From an uncultured Woeseiaceae bacterium (GTDB taxonomy: Bacteria; Acidobacteriota; Vicinamibacteria; Vicinamibacterales; UBA823): 64,000 bases of DNA. The translations under genes were made by a program, and so were the position numbers. The notes beneath the pieces were generated by a model, which saw nothing but the letters and a program-made list of their open reading frames with translations, made no database searches and had not been told where the DNA came from. The stretch lies in the NCBI GenBank assembly GCA_964569695.1, contig CAZMUA010000002.1, positions 2,185-66,184 of the forward strand, written 5' to 3'. This document shows, one piece after another, positions 18,971 to 29,266 of the stretch; the first letter of the stretch is position 1; the number at the start of each line of letters is the position of its first letter.

Positions 18971-20347
18971 TCAAATTGACAGCGTGCCAGTACTGTCACC
19001 AAACGATTCAAGGTCGTCGCGTCCTAGTTTATGAAGTAGGGTCAGCATCACGTTCGCCATTGGGGTGCGGTCTTCTGTGATGACATGCTGGTTACCTTTT
19101 AGGTGGCCATTGGCATGACCCGCCAAAAATAGTGGACACCGTTTGTGATTATGGATGTTTGAGTTGCCCATTGGTGAACCGTAAACAACCATTGTTCGGT
19201 CTAGCAGACTCGCGTCTCCATCTGGTGTGTTCTTGAGTTTTTCAAGAAAATATGGAATCAAGCTGACATGGTACGTGTTGATCTTGGCAAATTCCAGCAC
19301 GCGGTCTTCACGTTCGCCGTGATGAGAGGCCGGGTGAAAACCCCGTGTTGTGCCGCTTTCAGGGTATACGCGCCCAGAGGCGTCGCGACCCATCTTAAAT
19401 GAGAAAACCCGCGTGAGATCTGACATGAAAGCCAAGGCTTGCAGATCGAACATAACCTCAACATGTTCGCGGAACGAATCCGGCACGCCGATTGGCGCTT
19501 CGGGTAAGTCACGTGGCGCACCGCTTGTATTCTGTGCTTCGATTTTTTGAATTCTTCGCTCGATTTCACGCACGTCCTCGAGATATTCGTTCAACCGGTG
19601 GCGGTCGCTTGGTCCCAGTGATTGTTGTAATTTGGCCACTTCACTAGTGATCCAGTCGAGAATGCTCTGGTCGGTTCGGCGACGGTTACTTCGCTCTTCT
19701 GGCGAGCCTCCGGCACCAAATAACAGGTCAAATGCGACTCGCGGATCACGCACCATCGGTAGTGGTTCAGTTGGCGCAGCCCAACTAATAGTGTCCGTGT
19801 AAACACAGGCGTAGCCGTACGCGCATCCGCCAGATTGGTCGACGTTCTCGATACAGAGTTGCATCGATGGGATTGCCGTTTCCTGTCCGAATTGCTGCGC
19901 GTAAAGTTGATCCATTGAAGTGCCAACGTAAACGTCTGAACCTTCCGTCTGTTTGGGGTGTGCTTGTGTCAGAAAGGTCGCGCTAGCCCGGAAGTGGTCA
20001 CCACCAGTCTCACCTAACGTGAATGCTTCAGCATTACGCACAGCAGTGTTAGTGATAATGGTTAGATGCTCGCGCATTGGGTCGAGTGGGAGAAGGCTCG
20101 TGGGCGTTAGATCAAAATCACTTCCTGCCGCACTTGGGGACCACAAATTGCGTTCGATGCCCACTTTAGTGGCACCGGCTGACCCATGAACCATCTCGAT
20201 CGCAGCAAGGCGAGTCGGGCTGGCCATTGCAGCTTGTGCCGGCAGGGCATGCGCCGGAATCATGGCGTCTAATAAGGGCATGGCCATTGTTACACCCATG
20301 CCTCGAAGGACCGTTCGCCGTGAAAGGTGCTTTTTAGTGAGGTACAT
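18971..20347 (-). CDS. DUF1552-family protein with a twin-arginine signal
   Basis: The N-terminus MYLTKKHLSRRTVLRGMGVTMAMPLLDAM is the characteristic DUF1552 start as I recall it. The ATG at 20347 is preceded by aggaga; the track start at 20371 is TTG. Confidence 0.8.
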   Translation of the reverse strand: MYLTKKHLSRRTVLRGMGVTMAMPLLDAMIPAHALPAQAAMASPTRLAAIEMVHGSAGATKVGIERNLWSPSAAGSDFDLTPTSLLPLDPMREHLTIITNTAVRNAEAFTLGETGGDHFRASATFLTQAHPKQTEGSDVYVGTSMDQLYAQQFGQETAIPSMQLCIENVDQSGGCAYGYACVYTDTISWAAPTEPLPMVRDPRVAFDLLFGAGGSPEERSNRRRTDQSILDWITSEVAKLQQSLGPSDRHRLNEYLEDVREIERRIQKIEAQNTSGAPRDLPEAPIGVPDSFREHVEVMFDLQALAFMSDLTRVFSFKMGRDASGRVYPESGTTRGFHPASHHGEREDRVLEFAKINTYHVSLIPYFLEKLKNTPDGDASLLDRTMVVYGSPMGNSNIHNHKRCPLFLAGHANGHLKGNQHVITEDRTPMANVMLTLLHKLGRDDLESFGDSTGTLSI

Positions 20348-20367
20348 TGCCTTTCTCCTCGCCTTGG

Positions 20368-22839
20368 TCAATGTTGAATTTGCTCCTGTTCCTCGACTGT
20401 CAAACTGTCCTCAAAAAGCGCTGGGCCGTCCGCTTGGCTCGTCCGGAACGCCGGACTATTAACAACGCCAAGTATATAAGCAGACACCCGGTTATCGTGC
20501 TCGGATGCTTCCTGCATGATCGCACGAATTGATGGCATGTCAAAGTATTCAATGCGGCGGCCGAGGGCATAGGACATCAGGTTTTCGGTAAAAGATGTCA
20601 AGAAGATTCGAGGACGAGCGAGCAGTGCTTTTCGCAGATCTGACGCACCGTTGAGTGGTGTGCCATCGTAGAGCTCACCCGAAGCGTCTATAAGGATGTC
20701 ATTGTCTCTGATACGCCAGGCGCCAGTGGGGTCAAAATTCTCAAGGGCTAGACCGAGAGGGTCGATAACTCGATGACACGAACTACACGCTGGATTTGAG
20801 CGATGTTCCTCCATGCGTTCGCGCAAGGTAAGTCGACGGTTGCCGAGAACAGCATCTGTGTCTTCGAGTTCTGGGACATTGGCCGGTGGTGGCGGTGGTG
20901 GACTACCGAGTAATACCTCCATAATCCACTTTCCGCGGAGTACGGGTGAAGTACGGTTGGCAAACGATGTGGAGGCCAGGAAGCTGCCATGTCCAAGGAT
21001 GCCACGGCGTTCACTGGGCAGGTCAACCTGCCGAAATTTGTTGCCAGTTACGTTTGGGATTCCGTAATGCTTCGCGATGCGTTCATTGGCGAAGGTATAG
21101 GGTGCATCGAGAAGTTCAAGGATGTTGCGGTCCTCGCGAACAAGATGTTCAAAAAAGAGTTCGGTTTCTCGACGTAACGCATGAGTAAGAGTACGGTCGT
21201 ATTGAGGGTATTGGATCGCATCTGGGTGTAACTTTTCGAGGTCCTGCAGGCGCAGATACTGTGCGGCAAACCTCGTGCCGAAGGCCTCGGCGCGTGAATC
21301 TGTAAGCATACGCCGTATTTGCAGTTCGACGGCATCTTGATCGTCGAAGCCCTGCTCAATCGCAAAGGTTATCAGCTCTTCATCCGGTATTGTGCCCCAG
21401 AGAAAGTAGGACAGACGAGAGGCCAGTTCGATGTCGCCTATTTGGTATTTCTCTCCTTCCGTCACACCAGATGGCACTTGTTCGAAGCGAAAAATGAATT
21501 GCGGGCTGGCGAGCAGTGCTCGGAGTGCGGTTCGAATGCCACCTTCAAAATCTTCTTCCTCGGCACCTTTTTGGTAAAAAGCCATCAGGCTGTCAACATC
21601 AACGTTATCGACTGGACGCCGGTACGCTTGCGAGGCGAGTCGCGAAATGATCTCCTGCGCACATGAGAGTTCTTCCTCAGGGGAAATGGGCCGGCAGCTA
21701 AAAATTACACGGCGGCTCGGGGTCTCTGAAACTCCCGTGATGTTGGAGGGGCCTCGTATGCTGAAGTCCCGTAGATGTGGGAGCGTCGTGATGCCACGCG
21801 CTCCACCGATCTCTGTGTCCGCCAAAGTGTGTTCGACTGGTTCAATGATGTCGTCGACCGGACCGTCAAAGTGCTTCAAAAACGCAGCGGCAACTCGACG
21901 AGGGCCGGCCTTGATGGCGATTGCATCTGTCTCGATATTCATACCGTTCGGGTCGGCTTCGTGCATAAAGGGATCGATGCTTAAGAGGGCCACTCGTTCA
22001 CCGTCGATTGAGATTTCAATTTGTTCCTGATCGCCAGCTGTCATGCCATACAAAGCACCCACCGGAGTAGGATGCATTTGCACCTTAAAGATGTAGTCGC
22101 CGTCGGCCGGAAAGGTATGCACGATCGCCACGCCACCTCTGGTGCCGAACGGTGCTCCTTCGGCCCTGCGCAGTTGTGATGCGGTGCGAGGGACTTTATA
22201 GTTAGCTTCACTTGCTGAGAGTTTCGGATCACCGACAGCGAGTCGACTGGTGTGGTCGGCTGCACGAAGAAATCCTTGGAGCAAAGTTGCCGAAGAGCCT
22301 TGGACGTCGGCTATATTATCGAATCCTTGACTTAGAGTGTCTGGAGGAAGGAACGCGTTGACGTCGATTTCTACTTTCAATAAAGAGCGCACGGTCCGGG
22401 TGTACTCAGCGCGATTGAGCCGTTGAAAGGTTCGTCTGCCTGGATTCGGCGAAGCGAGAGCCGTTTGATCCATGCGGTCTTCAAGGAGAGTAACAGCCGT
22501 TTCGATATCTTGCTGGTCTGGCCTGCGTGACCCCGGTGGCGGCATCATGCCTGCTGTAAGTTTTCGAATTACCTTTTCTGCGATTTCGGCGTTCTCACTG
22601 GGATGAGTCGCGTCAAAGTCCACCAATGACAAGTTTCCGCGTAGCGCGCGATCATTGTGGCACTGCAGACAATATTGACCGATGAGCTCGGTTGCCTGAG
22701 GTGAGTCTGACGCTGGAACTGTTTCAGGAGCCTGTATTGGTACCGCACCTGTCTGGATGGATGCCGTGGCACCGTTATGCGCCGTAATACCAACGCAGAA
22801 ACATCCAGCGATTAAGACGATCCAGGTAGATTTGCTCAT
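20368..22839 (-). CDS. Large secreted PSCyt/PSD-type protein (DUF1592/1595/1587/1588/1585 architecture) with c-type haem motifs
   Basis: It has a signal peptide, an N-terminal CLQCHNDR and a C-terminal ACSSCHRVIDPLGLALENFD. The 823-aa length and its pairing with a DUF1552 gene match the planctomycete-type gene pair as I recall it. Confidence 0.8.
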   Translation of the reverse strand: MSKSTWIVLIAGCFCVGITAHNGATASIQTGAVPIQAPETVPASDSPQATELIGQYCLQCHNDRALRGNLSLVDFDATHPSENAEIAEKVIRKLTAGMMPPPGSRRPDQQDIETAVTLLEDRMDQTALASPNPGRRTFQRLNRAEYTRTVRSLLKVEIDVNAFLPPDTLSQGFDNIADVQGSSATLLQGFLRAADHTSRLAVGDPKLSASEANYKVPRTASQLRRAEGAPFGTRGGVAIVHTFPADGDYIFKVQMHPTPVGALYGMTAGDQEQIEISIDGERVALLSIDPFMHEADPNGMNIETDAIAIKAGPRRVAAAFLKHFDGPVDDIIEPVEHTLADTEIGGARGITTLPHLRDFSIRGPSNITGVSETPSRRVIFSCRPISPEEELSCAQEIISRLASQAYRRPVDNVDVDSLMAFYQKGAEEEDFEGGIRTALRALLASPQFIFRFEQVPSGVTEGEKYQIGDIELASRLSYFLWGTIPDEELITFAIEQGFDDQDAVELQIRRMLTDSRAEAFGTRFAAQYLRLQDLEKLHPDAIQYPQYDRTLTHALRRETELFFEHLVREDRNILELLDAPYTFANERIAKHYGIPNVTGNKFRQVDLPSERRGILGHGSFLASTSFANRTSPVLRGKWIMEVLLGSPPPPPPANVPELEDTDAVLGNRRLTLRERMEEHRSNPACSSCHRVIDPLGLALENFDPTGAWRIRDNDILIDASGELYDGTPLNGASDLRKALLARPRIFLTSFTENLMSYALGRRIEYFDMPSIRAIMQEASEHDNRVSAYILGVVNSPAFRTSQADGPALFEDSLTVEEQEQIQH

Positions 22840-22906
22840 TCTTTTACCGACCGGTTTAGGTGCGTATCTATCGACATATTAATACCACTCGTTTGGACAA
22901 TGATTG

Positions 22907-23809
22907 TCACTCTTCGGTCATTGTCCTGGCGAGTGCCTTTTTAATGGCTGTCGTAGCCTGTTCAATCCTGAATTGCAGTAATTGTTTTCCAATGGCAATG
23001 GTCTCGGCTTTGTTCGCGATACTTAAGCCGTTAATCGTAGCCTTGCCAGCGGCCAGGCGCTCATTGTAACGAACGGTGCCTGGGTCGATAGTCATCATCA
23101 TAGCTGTAATGACGTAGTCGTCGTGGAGGCCTTCATTGATAGGCTCCGTGATACCAAGTTCGCGTTCCATGTAGTTGAACACTTCTCGATATTCGTAAAA
23201 CTCAGGAATATAGTGAACGATGGTTTGACCCCAGCGTTCATTCAGTGTTGCTGCGGTTTGTGCCATGCCGCGCTGGTTTCCACCGCTATCGCCGATCATA
23301 ACGATGTGTTTGAAGCCATGCGCCTTCAAACTGCTAGCGACGTCGTTCAAGACCATTTCAAATGTTTCGTTTCTGAGGCTAAGAGTGCCCGGATAGCGCA
23401 TGTGTCCCGAAGGTTCATCAAAGCTCCCTTCCGGGACGAGTTTTATGATTGGAGTACAGAGTGCCGTGCCGAGATCCCGTGCGATCCCTTCACAAGCGGC
23501 TTCCAAAACGTAATTGTGTTTACCGAGGGCTAGGTATGGGCCGTTCTGCTCGATGCCACCGGTCGGAATAATTACGGTGTTCTTACCAGATGCAAGAGCA
23601 TCACGAATTTCCATCCATGTCAGTTCCTCAATCCACACAGAATCAATGGCAGCAATAGGCCGCTCGGAGGCAAGGGCAGCTTGCACGCGTTTCTCCCGTT
23701 CTGCCTGTCGACGTGCCTGTTCTTCTGGGCTCAGAGTAGTGCCCTGTTGGGCGAAACTAAGAGAACTGAGGAGAACCGCCAGCGTGAGAACCGAGCAGCT
23801 TTTTCGCAT
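22907..23809 (-). CDS. Secreted creatininase-family (creatinine amidohydrolase fold) protein, divergent
   Basis: It has a Sec signal (MRKSCSVLTLAVLLSSLSFAQQ). IIPTGGIEQNGPYLALGKHN and MIGDSGGNQRG resemble the family blocks I recall as ...EQHGPHLP... and ...NGHGGN..., but with the His positions replaced. The ATG at 23809 is preceded by gagga. Confidence 0.55.
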   Translation of the reverse strand: MRKSCSVLTLAVLLSSLSFAQQGTTLSPEEQARRQAEREKRVQAALASERPIAAIDSVWIEELTWMEIRDALASGKNTVIIPTGGIEQNGPYLALGKHNYVLEAACEGIARDLGTALCTPIIKLVPEGSFDEPSGHMRYPGTLSLRNETFEMVLNDVASSLKAHGFKHIVMIGDSGGNQRGMAQTAATLNERWGQTIVHYIPEFYEYREVFNYMERELGITEPINEGLHDDYVITAMMMTIDPGTVRYNERLAAGKATINGLSIANKAETIAIGKQLLQFRIEQATTAIKKALARTMTEE

Positions 23810-23991
23810 GATGAATCCTCGCAAAGAACTGAAATAAATTGAATTACACCTGTAACCCTACCACACCTGATTGCAAGAATGAGTCTCGAATTCTCACTCT
23901 GATACACGCTTGCTTTAACCTAAAAATATGGGGCCAGGCGGACCGGTCCGTGTTGTCTGTCATTGACGACCCGGAGAGCGAGGAGTGCTCC

Positions 23992-25236
23992 TCAGAAAGT
24001 TTCCTGTTTAATTCTGAACGTGGTATCAAGCTCGGCGTCAGTCGTGAGCCCAACGACCCGCCGCGCGACGTATTCACCCAGCATGATTCCGTGTTTAAAG
24101 CCGTGTCCTGAGCCTGCACCCATCAGCCACACATTGCTCAACTCTGGATGTCGATCGACCATAAAGTGAGCATCGACGCTGTTAGTTCTAGGGCTGATAC
24201 GTGTTTCCAGAAGGGGTTGATTCGCTAAGGAGGGGAATGCGTTACTAGTAAAGGTTTGTATGCGGCGAACCTCTTCAGCCGTGACGGTTCTTTGATCCGT
24301 GTCCGGTTCGAGGCCTCCAGAGTCCCAATAGGGGCCAAGCTTTAAACCTTTACCTTCAATATTTGGGAAACCATAAACGCCTTTCGTTACGAACGTGGGA
24401 CAGTTAGGAAACACAAACTCACTACCATCCATTGGTGTACCCATGAAAAAGATCACTCGTCGGTTTAGCTTGAGTTTGTTTCCCAGGATTTCAGGGAACA
24501 TCTTTAGGTGCCAAGGGCCACAGGCAAAAACAAAACTTTGGGCAGAAACTATTTCTCCAGTTGAGAGCAAAATGGATTGTAGTTGGCCACCGGCGCGTTG
24601 ATTTGGGGTTCCTCGGGCGATTGTCAACTGGCCGCCAGCCTCTTTGAAAGCTTCTGCGACAGCGAGACATCCTTCCCGACATTTCAAGACACCGGTGCTA
24701 GGAACCCAATGACCAACAGTTGCTTCGTCAAGATTGAACTGGGGATATCGATATGCCAATTCATCGTACTCAACACGCTCGTTCTCCACACCAAGTCGGT
24801 CGAGTACACTTTTGGTGGCCCGCAGCGTGTTTGTCCACTCGCGACTCAAGGTGATCTGTCCGGTTGGATAGAGGAGGCGCCGTCCCCATTCTTGCTCGCG
24901 GGTCTTCCATCGTTTGAGCGCTTCGACTGCCCATCGTGAGTAGAGTTCCCGTTCACCGTAGCTGGCTCGGATTTGACGTGTCTCTCCTCCTGAACTTGAT
25001 CGAGCATTGCCTGGACCGTAGGCGTCAACGAGCCTGACGGAATGTCCCATCTCTTGCAGGTAGAGGGCGGTCCAGCCACCAAAGGCTCCAGCGCCGATAA
25101 CCACGACTTCTGGATTCTTGGATTGGAGAGCCGAAACGCGTCGGTCAAAGTAGGTGTTACTAGGAAGTGCGATTGAGCAGGCACTTCCACCCGTCACCTG
25201 CAGAAACGTGCGCCTCGTGAGGATGTTTTTCTTCAT
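23992..25236 (-). CDS. FAD-dependent oxidoreductase (DAO / sarcosine-oxidase-like) with a twin-arginine signal
   Basis: Tat motif LTRRTFLQV, dinucleotide-binding VVVIGAGAFGG, and C-terminal GAGSGHGFKHG. It is a paralog of 26129-27472. Confidence 0.8.
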   Translation of the reverse strand: MKKNILTRRTFLQVTGGSACSIALPSNTYFDRRVSALQSKNPEVVVIGAGAFGGWTALYLQEMGHSVRLVDAYGPGNARSSSGGETRQIRASYGERELYSRWAVEALKRWKTREQEWGRRLLYPTGQITLSREWTNTLRATKSVLDRLGVENERVEYDELAYRYPQFNLDEATVGHWVPSTGVLKCREGCLAVAEAFKEAGGQLTIARGTPNQRAGGQLQSILLSTGEIVSAQSFVFACGPWHLKMFPEILGNKLKLNRRVIFFMGTPMDGSEFVFPNCPTFVTKGVYGFPNIEGKGLKLGPYWDSGGLEPDTDQRTVTAEEVRRIQTFTSNAFPSLANQPLLETRISPRTNSVDAHFMVDRHPELSNVWLMGAGSGHGFKHGIMLGEYVARRVVGLTTDAELDTTFRIKQETF

Positions 25237-25405
25237 GGTGTGTCAAGGATGCCTTGAGAGAGTCTCAGTATACAACTGAATATCTTCCTGGGTTCTTGAG
25301 AACAGATATCGTGGAACTTTCAATATGGAAATAAACTACACGCGTAGGCTTGCCCACACTTTTTATACATGCTAGTTTCTGAGTTCGTCCGTTCTTGGAG
25401 AAGGT

Positions 25406-26119
25406 ATGACTAATACGACAGACAACAGAGTTGCGATTGTCACAGCATCAGGGAAAGGAATGGGGGCAGCGATAGCTGGCGAATTAGCAGCCAGTTCCTA
25501 CCAACTAGCGCTCATGTCGGTTTCTGGTGGGGCCGAGAAACTCGCCAGTGAGCTGAACGTGATTGGTTTGACTGGTTCGGTGACCGTTCCTGACGATCTT
25601 AAGCGACTTGTGGACACGACGATGGAGCGTTACGGGCGAATTGATGCGGTTGTGAACAACACTGGGCACCCGCCCGCAGGGCCGTTGCTTGAGCTAACGG
25701 ATGATGAGTGGCGGATAGGGCTGGACCTTGTTCTGCTTAACGTTATACGGATTTCGCGGTTAGTTACCCCAATAATGAAAAGCCAAGGTGGTGGTGCCAT
25801 TGTGAACATCTCGACGTTCGCAGCGTTTGAGCCGTCTTCGACTTTTCCAATTTCCGCGAGCCTTCGAGCCGCCCTTGGGAGCTTCACGAAACTCTATGCT
25901 GATACACACGCTCAGGATGGCATTCGAATGAACAATATTTTGCCGGGCTTTGTAGACTCATATCCCGTGTCTGATGATGTCGTTAAGCAGATTCCCATGG
26001 GTCGGTATGGTTCCGTACAGGAAATCGCGAAGACGGCACGGTTTTTACTGTCTGAGGAAGCCGGTTATATTACTGGTCAGAATATTCGAGTAGATGGTGG
26101 AATTACTCGTGGAGTGTGA
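25406..26119 (+). CDS. Short-chain dehydrogenase/reductase (SDR), no signal peptide
   Basis: N-terminal VAIVTASGKGMGAAIA (Rossmann glycine motif), NNTG, and SDR length of 237 aa. Confidence 0.85.
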   Translation: MTNTTDNRVAIVTASGKGMGAAIAGELAASSYQLALMSVSGGAEKLASELNVIGLTGSVTVPDDLKRLVDTTMERYGRIDAVVNNTGHPPAGPLLELTDDEWRIGLDLVLLNVIRISRLVTPIMKSQGGGAIVNISTFAAFEPSSTFPISASLRAALGSFTKLYADTHAQDGIRMNNILPGFVDSYPVSDDVVKQIPMGRYGSVQEIAKTARFLLSEEAGYITGQNIRVDGGITRGV

Positions 26120-26128
26120 AAGTCAATT

Positions 26129-27472
26129 ATGAAGAAACAGCAACCAGTTGAGAAAATCTCGCCCTCTTCGAAGGTCAGTCCTGTGACGAGGCGGTCGGTG
26201 TTAAAAGCAACAGCAGCTTCGTTCATTGGCTATCGGTTCGCCGGCGATGCGGCAACATTGAATGCTTCACCATCGGAAAGCAAGACGCGTTCCGGTTATC
26301 AGCAGCCCCACGTTGCTGTGATTGGAGCTGGTGGCTTTGGTGGTTGGACCGCGTTGAACTTACTCCGAAAAGGTGCGAAGGTCACTTTGCTCGATACATG
26401 GGGCCCTGGAAACGCTCGTGCTAGTTCTGGCTGTGAACGGCGAATGATTCACAGCCAACTGTATGCTGTGGGTAGCACAGGTTCAAATAAGGAGGTCTAT
26501 CGACCACTCTATATGGACATGATCACGCGCTCTCTTCAACTGTGGCGTGAAAACGAAGAACGCTGGAAACGGCAATTATATTTTCCATGTGGGTCATTAA
26601 CGCTTCAACCTGAGGAAGCCCCAAATGGCAGGGAAGCCCTTGCTTATATGCGTGAGCGGGGGACGGCAGTAGAGGAGCTCTCATTGCAGGACTTAGAGAG
26701 TCGGTACCCTCAAATCAATTTAGAAGGAGTGTCGTGGGGATTACTCGATGTTGATAGTGGATATTTGCGGTCACGGGTTGCATGTCAAGAGGTCTTTCGA
26801 GGATTTCTTGAAGAGGGAGGTGAGTACCGGCAGGTTGCTGTCAAAGCTCCTGAGATAGAAGGTGGTGGACTTGATAGCCTCAGTCTATCCGATGGTTCTC
26901 AGCTATCGGCTGACCACTACATCTTTGCGTGTGGGCCATGGCTTGGTCAGATGTTTCCAGGCACGATTCGAATCCGTGCGTCTCGTCAAGAGGCATTCTT
27001 CTTTGGAACCCCAGTTAACGATCATCGGTACGATGATAAACACCTGCCGATTTGCTTAGACGGCACTCGAAGTCCCAGCGCTGCTGTCCTTCCGGATGGC
27101 GACTTTCGCGGACTGTTAGTTGAAGGAGGACCTCCACGAGTAAGGATTATTAATCCGACTACTGAAGACCGTGGTCCAACACCGGAGCTACTGGCTTTTC
27201 ATCGCGAGTATCTGGCTTTTCGTTTTCCAGGTATGAAAGACGCGCCATTGCTTTCGATGAGAGTGTGTCAATACGAAAACAGTGATGATCAGAACTTTGT
27301 CATTGATCGACATCCTGAGGCGGAGAATGTGTGGCTTGTGGGTGGGGGTTCTGGCCACGGATTCAAGCACGCACCAGTCATTGGGGAGTGGACGGCTGAT
27401 ATGGTCTTTGGGGATAAGGCCGTTGAACCTTTGTTTGGGCTGCAACGTTTCAGAAGGCGACGGGCAGTCTAA
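26129..27472 (+). CDS. FAD-dependent oxidoreductase (DAO / sarcosine-oxidase-like) with a twin-arginine signal
   Basis: Tat motif VTRRSVLKA, then VAVIGAGGFGG and GGGSGHGFKHA. It starts 9 nt after the SDR gene. Confidence 0.8.
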   Translation: MKKQQPVEKISPSSKVSPVTRRSVLKATAASFIGYRFAGDAATLNASPSESKTRSGYQQPHVAVIGAGGFGGWTALNLLRKGAKVTLLDTWGPGNARASSGCERRMIHSQLYAVGSTGSNKEVYRPLYMDMITRSLQLWRENEERWKRQLYFPCGSLTLQPEEAPNGREALAYMRERGTAVEELSLQDLESRYPQINLEGVSWGLLDVDSGYLRSRVACQEVFRGFLEEGGEYRQVAVKAPEIEGGGLDSLSLSDGSQLSADHYIFACGPWLGQMFPGTIRIRASRQEAFFFGTPVNDHRYDDKHLPICLDGTRSPSAAVLPDGDFRGLLVEGGPPRVRIINPTTEDRGPTPELLAFHREYLAFRFPGMKDAPLLSMRVCQYENSDDQNFVIDRHPEAENVWLVGGGSGHGFKHAPVIGEWTADMVFGDKAVEPLFGLQRFRRRRAV

Positions 27473-27664
27473 GGCGTTTAGGTTCTGATGATTGCAACCA
27501 CGATTGCTGGCGAAAACATGCCCTAAAGAATTATTCCTCAGTGGGATTGTCTCGCGCTGCCAGCGGGTGTAGTATCAACCGGTCTTAGATGTCAGCGAGT
27601 GAGTGAAATCTCGAGGTGTGGACTCGTGAAACTTGGTCATCGTTTATTAAGGTAGGAGTAAGGA

Positions 27665-29035
27665 ATGTCACAAAACCTTTGGTTAAATCGAAGAACGTTC
27701 ATTAGGAATGCTGGAATGACGGCATTGGTGGGCGCCGCAAGTTCGGGAAATTCCCTAGCATCTCCAATGACGAATCTTCCCTCGGGACAAACGGGCAGCA
27801 CCACGTACGATTTTGACACTGTGTATGATCGGACCGGCACCAATAGCGTTAAATGGGATTCTGCGATTGCTCGATATGGACGCGAGAACATTGATGTTGG
27901 CATGGGTATCGCCGACATGGATTTTCAAGCTCCACCATGCATCACTCAAGCTCTTGCAGAACGCCTCAAGCATGAAAACTGGGGCTACATGAGTACGCCT
28001 CGGAGTTTCTATCAGCAGATTGCCGACTGGGACATGAGGAGAAATGGTCTTGAGGTAGACCCTGAGTCCATCACACTTTCGGACGGTGTCCACCCAGCAT
28101 TGATTGCAGCCCTGAAGGCGGTTTCGCCACCTGGAAGTAAGGTGCTTCTGACGACGGCTGTGTACAGTGGTTTTTATATGGACCTACGTCAGAGTCGGAC
28201 TCTTGAAGAAAATAGTCCGATGATTGTGGAAAATGGTCGCTATCGCATTGATTTTGATGACTTTGAATCTCGGATGAGTCACGACACCGATGCGTTGATT
28301 CTTTGTAATCCACAGAACCCAACGGGCAACTGCTGGTCGGAAGAGGATTTGTTAAGGTTGGGGCGGATGTGCCTTGAGCATCGCGTGGTGGTTCTGTCTG
28401 ATGAAATTCATTGCGATTTTGTGATGAAGGGCCAGAAGTATACGCCATTTGCTAGTTTGCCCGATAAGGAGGTCGTAGATAACAGCATTACCTTCAAGGC
28501 AGCCAGTAAGAGTTTTAGTCTTGCGGCCATGAAGATTGCCTGGTTCTTTTCCACGAATCCTGAGTTGCTTGCGCTGGTTCGTGCGCAACATCGAGCCAAT
28601 ACGAATTCGCTGGGTGTGGTGGCGAACCAGGGAGCTCTGACTGACGAGGGCGCGGACTGGTTAGACCAGGTGAATGCCTACATTGACGGGAACCATGATT
28701 TTGCTGAGCAATACATTCGAGAAAACCTGCCAGGAGTGGAATATACAAAAGCGCAGGGCACATACCTTGCGTGGCTTGACATTGGCGGAGTCGCTGAACG
28801 CCTTGACGCAAAGCGATTAGCTGAGGAGGCTACGGCGAACAGTGAAACGGGTCGACCAGTTTCTCCAGAGACTATCGTCGGAAATTGGTTGATCGAAAAT
28901 GCCAAAGTCCAGTTGAATGCTGGGTCGTCGTATGGACCAGGTGGCGAGAATCATATGCGGATGAATGTAGCCACGTCTCGTCAAACACTTAAGCTGGCGC
29001 TGGATAATATGGCGGCTGCTTTAAACGACCTGTAG
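27665..29035 (+). CDS. PatB/MalY-type PLP-dependent C-S beta-lyase (class I/II aminotransferase fold) with a twin-arginine signal
   Basis: The N-terminus MSQNLWLNRRTFIRNAGMTALVGAASSGNSLA is a Tat signal. It is followed by YDFDTVYDRTGTNSVKWD, the hallmark start of PatB/MalY enzymes, and SKSFSLAAMK (PLP-Lys region). Confidence 0.8.
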   Translation: MSQNLWLNRRTFIRNAGMTALVGAASSGNSLASPMTNLPSGQTGSTTYDFDTVYDRTGTNSVKWDSAIARYGRENIDVGMGIADMDFQAPPCITQALAERLKHENWGYMSTPRSFYQQIADWDMRRNGLEVDPESITLSDGVHPALIAALKAVSPPGSKVLLTTAVYSGFYMDLRQSRTLEENSPMIVENGRYRIDFDDFESRMSHDTDALILCNPQNPTGNCWSEEDLLRLGRMCLEHRVVVLSDEIHCDFVMKGQKYTPFASLPDKEVVDNSITFKAASKSFSLAAMKIAWFFSTNPELLALVRAQHRANTNSLGVVANQGALTDEGADWLDQVNAYIDGNHDFAEQYIRENLPGVEYTKAQGTYLAWLDIGGVAERLDAKRLAEEATANSETGRPVSPETIVGNWLIENAKVQLNAGSSYGPGGENHMRMNVATSRQTLKLALDNMAAALNDL

Positions 29036-29062
29036 GCTTGTCAGAATACTGCATTTAATAAG

Positions 29063-29095
29063 AAGGTCCGGCTCTGAAGAGGGCCGGACCTTTTT
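29063..29095 (+). terminator. Rho-independent terminator after the C-S lyase gene
   Basis: Stem aaggtccggc(t)c / g(g)gccggacctt with a 10-nt loop, followed by ttttt, located 28 nt after the stop codon. Confidence 0.8.
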
Positions 29096-29266
29096 GGTAC
29101 CATACCAGCCAGTAGGCCGGTTACCGTCCCCACACCTTTAAAGCTATAAAATGGAACGGCTCCGTGGTAACCGGTGTATTCTGTCTGCTCCTGTGGACAT
29201 CTGACAGAGGTTTCCACCGGTAGTCGTGCTCGGCATAACCAAACACACTTGAGGGGAAAGTTTCAG

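Noticed and set aside
18957-18974. ORF-track start codons that are TTG/GTG extensions (also 20348-20371, 23810-23824, 63789-63806, 3324-3359, 8137-8160)
   Set aside because: In each case a downstream ATG has a better Shine-Dalgarno sequence, gives a sensible signal peptide or family N-terminus, and removes an overlap with the upstream gene.
29117-29174. A 9-bp perfect inverted repeat, ccggttacc ... ggtaaccgg, separated by 40 nt upstream of the M28 peptidase gene
   Set aside because: A single 9-mer dyad at that spacing can arise by chance in 64 kb. There is no nearby regulator or second copy to support an operator or RNA-structure role.
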